Positions 62,451-64,000 of a stretch of DNA of 64,000 nt are shown in pieces; the stretch's first letter is position 1; every line of letters begins with the position of its first letter. The position numbers were made by a program, and so were the translations under genes. Location: assembly GCA_964291235.2 (NCBI GenBank), contig OZ219816.1, forward strand, positions 1,792,001 to 1,856,000, given 5' to 3'. This DNA comes from Vicinamibacteria bacterium (lineage in GTDB: Bacteria > Acidobacteriota > Vicinamibacteria > Marinacidobacterales > Marinacidobacteraceae). The notes under the pieces were generated by a model. The model was not told where the DNA came from. It saw only the letters and a program-made list of their open reading frames with translations, and ran no database searches.

Positions 62451-63532
62451 GGGAAGAGCGGGGTGAAATCGAGGTCGAACCCGAACGCCCGGGGACCGAC
62501 CAGTTGGAGCGCCGCCTCGGTCTGGAGCGCGGCCGGCGAGGCAAGCGCAATGACCTGGACCCGCTGTCCGTAGGCGATCACCTCGGTGCCAAGCGCTTCG
62601 CCGCTTGCGGAATCCACCACCGTCAGGATGTCGGGGGTCATCCCGGCAGGCTCACCATCCCGGAAAGCGACAGCGAACTCATTCTGGAAATGAAGCGCCA
62701 TCGTCGATCCCCGGTCCACTCCGAGCCCCGTGATGGTGGCCACGCCACGCAGGAAACCCCGCGTCGTACGGCGTTCCATGTCGGAGACCTTGCCCCGGAA
62801 AAGGACGAGGCCTCCTTCCGAAGTCAGGACCGCCGCTACCGGATCTTCGCCCCGCTCCCGCGCCCGGCGCGCGGCGGCGCCGATCCTCAGGGCCCGGGTG
62901 ACGGAGCCCAGGATCGCGTGGTCCTTGATCTCGCGGCCGGTGCGCGGCGCCTTCGCGGTGGCAGCGATGGAACCGACCTCGGTCACCGCGACCCGTCCGA
63001 GTCGTTCCTGCCACTGCCAGCTCGCGGCGCGCTCGACAATGACGATGTTGTCCCGCACATCAGCGAGGCAGAAGGGGTAATTGCGCAGGTTCGCAATCGC
63101 GAACGTGGTCATCTGCGCCTCGGGAAAAGCCCGTCCCATGCAGTCCGCGTCCAGCACCGGAAGCCCGGTCCGGGACGCCACCAGGAAGCTCTGTAGCGAG
63201 TTCGACCCGCCGATTTCAAGCGACATCACGGCCTTGAAGGGCCGGCCGAGGCGCTCGGCGAGCACCTCGACGGGCCGCGCCGCGACGTCGGGATCAGGGA
63301 GCCGTTCCTCGCCGACGAGGGGCGCCCCCATGGTCGAAACCACGGCCACCAGGTCGTCGTCGGCGAGGGACCCGGCGGGGATGACCACCGGCCGGAACCC
63401 CCGCGCCGTTTCCCGGCGGAGGTTCAGCAGCGAGTGGTAGGGGTTCCCGCCGCCGCCGGCCCCCAGGATCCAGGCGCCGGCGGCGAGATCCTCGATCTCC
63501 GCGGGCCCGAGTTCCCGTCCGCCGTCGGTCAT
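62447..63532 (-). CDS. DUF917 family protein
   Basis: 'ILGAGGGGNP', 'MGAP', 'EIGGSNS', 'DADCMGRAFPE', 'FQNE', 'PD'; overlaps the hydantoinase gene. Confidence 0.85.
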   Translation of the reverse strand: MTDGGRELGPAEIEDLAAGAWILGAGGGGNPYHSLLNLRRETARGFRPVVIPAGSLADDDLVAVVSTMGAPLVGEERLPDPDVAARPVEVLAERLGRPFKAVMSLEIGGSNSLQSFLVASRTGLPVLDADCMGRAFPEAQMTTFAIANLRNYPFCLADVRDNIVIVERAASWQWQERLGRVAVTEVGSIAATAKAPRTGREIKDHAILGSVTRALRIGAAARRARERGEDPVAAVLTSEGGLVLFRGKVSDMERRTTRGFLRGVATITGLGVDRGSTMALHFQNEFAVAFRDGEPAGMTPDILTVVDSASGEALGTEVIAYGQRVQVIALASPAALQTEAALQLVGPRAFGFDLDFTPLFP

Positions 63533-63633
63533 CCGGGCGATGCTAAACAAAAAGACCGGCGGCGGAGCCGGATTGACCTCCTCCATGCCCCTCTCCATAA
63601 TGGGCGGGCCGCGACAGGGAGGGGATTTCGGTC

Positions 63634-64000
63634 ATGATCGAATGGCTTGGGATTGGACACCTGTTCGAGCTGTCCGGGACGGAGGCGATCCTGGGGTTTT
63701 TCACCCCGCTCGTCGTCTTCGCGGCCTTTGCCGTGGTGCAGCTCATCCTGCCGGGCCGGTGGGTTCCGGGGTATGTCGTCGATTCGGAGACCGGTGAACC
63801 GCGCAAGTACCGGCTGAACGGCATGCTGGTGTTCGCCGTCATGCTGATCGTGTGGGCCTTCGAGCTCACCGGGATGCCGCGTGACTGGTTCTACCGGTCC
63901 TCGATCTATGCCGTGGCCGGCGGCACGGTCCTCACCATCATCTTCACGATCCTGGCGGTGTTCAGCCAGCCGCCCGGCAAGGTAAAGAGCCGGTTCCTGG
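63634..64000 (+). CDS. ERG4/ERG24 (sterol reductase-like) membrane protein, truncated by the window end; absent from the ORF track
   Basis: Manual translation MIEWLGIGH...QLILPGRWVPGYVVDSETGEPRKYRLNGMLVF... stays open to 64000; 'LPG..V.G...Y.LNG' is typical of the family N-terminus; GGAGG RBS. Confidence 0.65.
   Translation, partial: MIEWLGIGHLFELSGTEAILGFFTPLVVFAAFAVVQLILPGRWVPGYVVDSETGEPRKYRLNGMLVFAVMLIVWAFELTGMPRDWFYRSSIYAVAGGTVLTIIFTILAVFSQPPGKVKSRFL

Overview
High-GC bacterial chromosomal segment, most likely from an Acidobacteriota member (orphan ADOP-type permease, TPR-secretin, dnaK-dnaJ-hspR layout). A host-associated lifestyle such as a sponge symbiont is possible, inferred from tandem secreted creatininase-family genes and an ERG4/ERG24-type reductase. 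Most of the window is housekeeping: prfB with a +1 frameshift, nfeD/SPFH, greA, dnaK-dnaJ-hspR, tyrA, trpEG, a shikimate operon, tRNA-Ala(CGC), lolA-secretin, peptidoglycan recycling (mpl, ldcA), rpsP-rimM-trmD-rplS, era-ybeY-phoH and aspS. Four observations stand out. (1) A ~185-bp MITE-like repeat family has 4 copies plus a mini copy, and an invariant 18-mer (CCAGTTCTCCCGGTGGGG) is inserted into it six times, at four different positions, always in one orientation and without target duplication. (2) aroB, aroA and an aroK-aroD-aroE fusion lie in exactly the domain order of the eukaryotic pentafunctional AROM protein. (3) A peroxiredoxin has an in-frame UGA at its catalytic Cys position (probable selenoprotein, missed by the ORF track). 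(4) An NCS2 permease carries a C-terminal domain resembling a degenerate RsbW-type HATPase. All product calls come from motif recognition by eye; no database searches were run.
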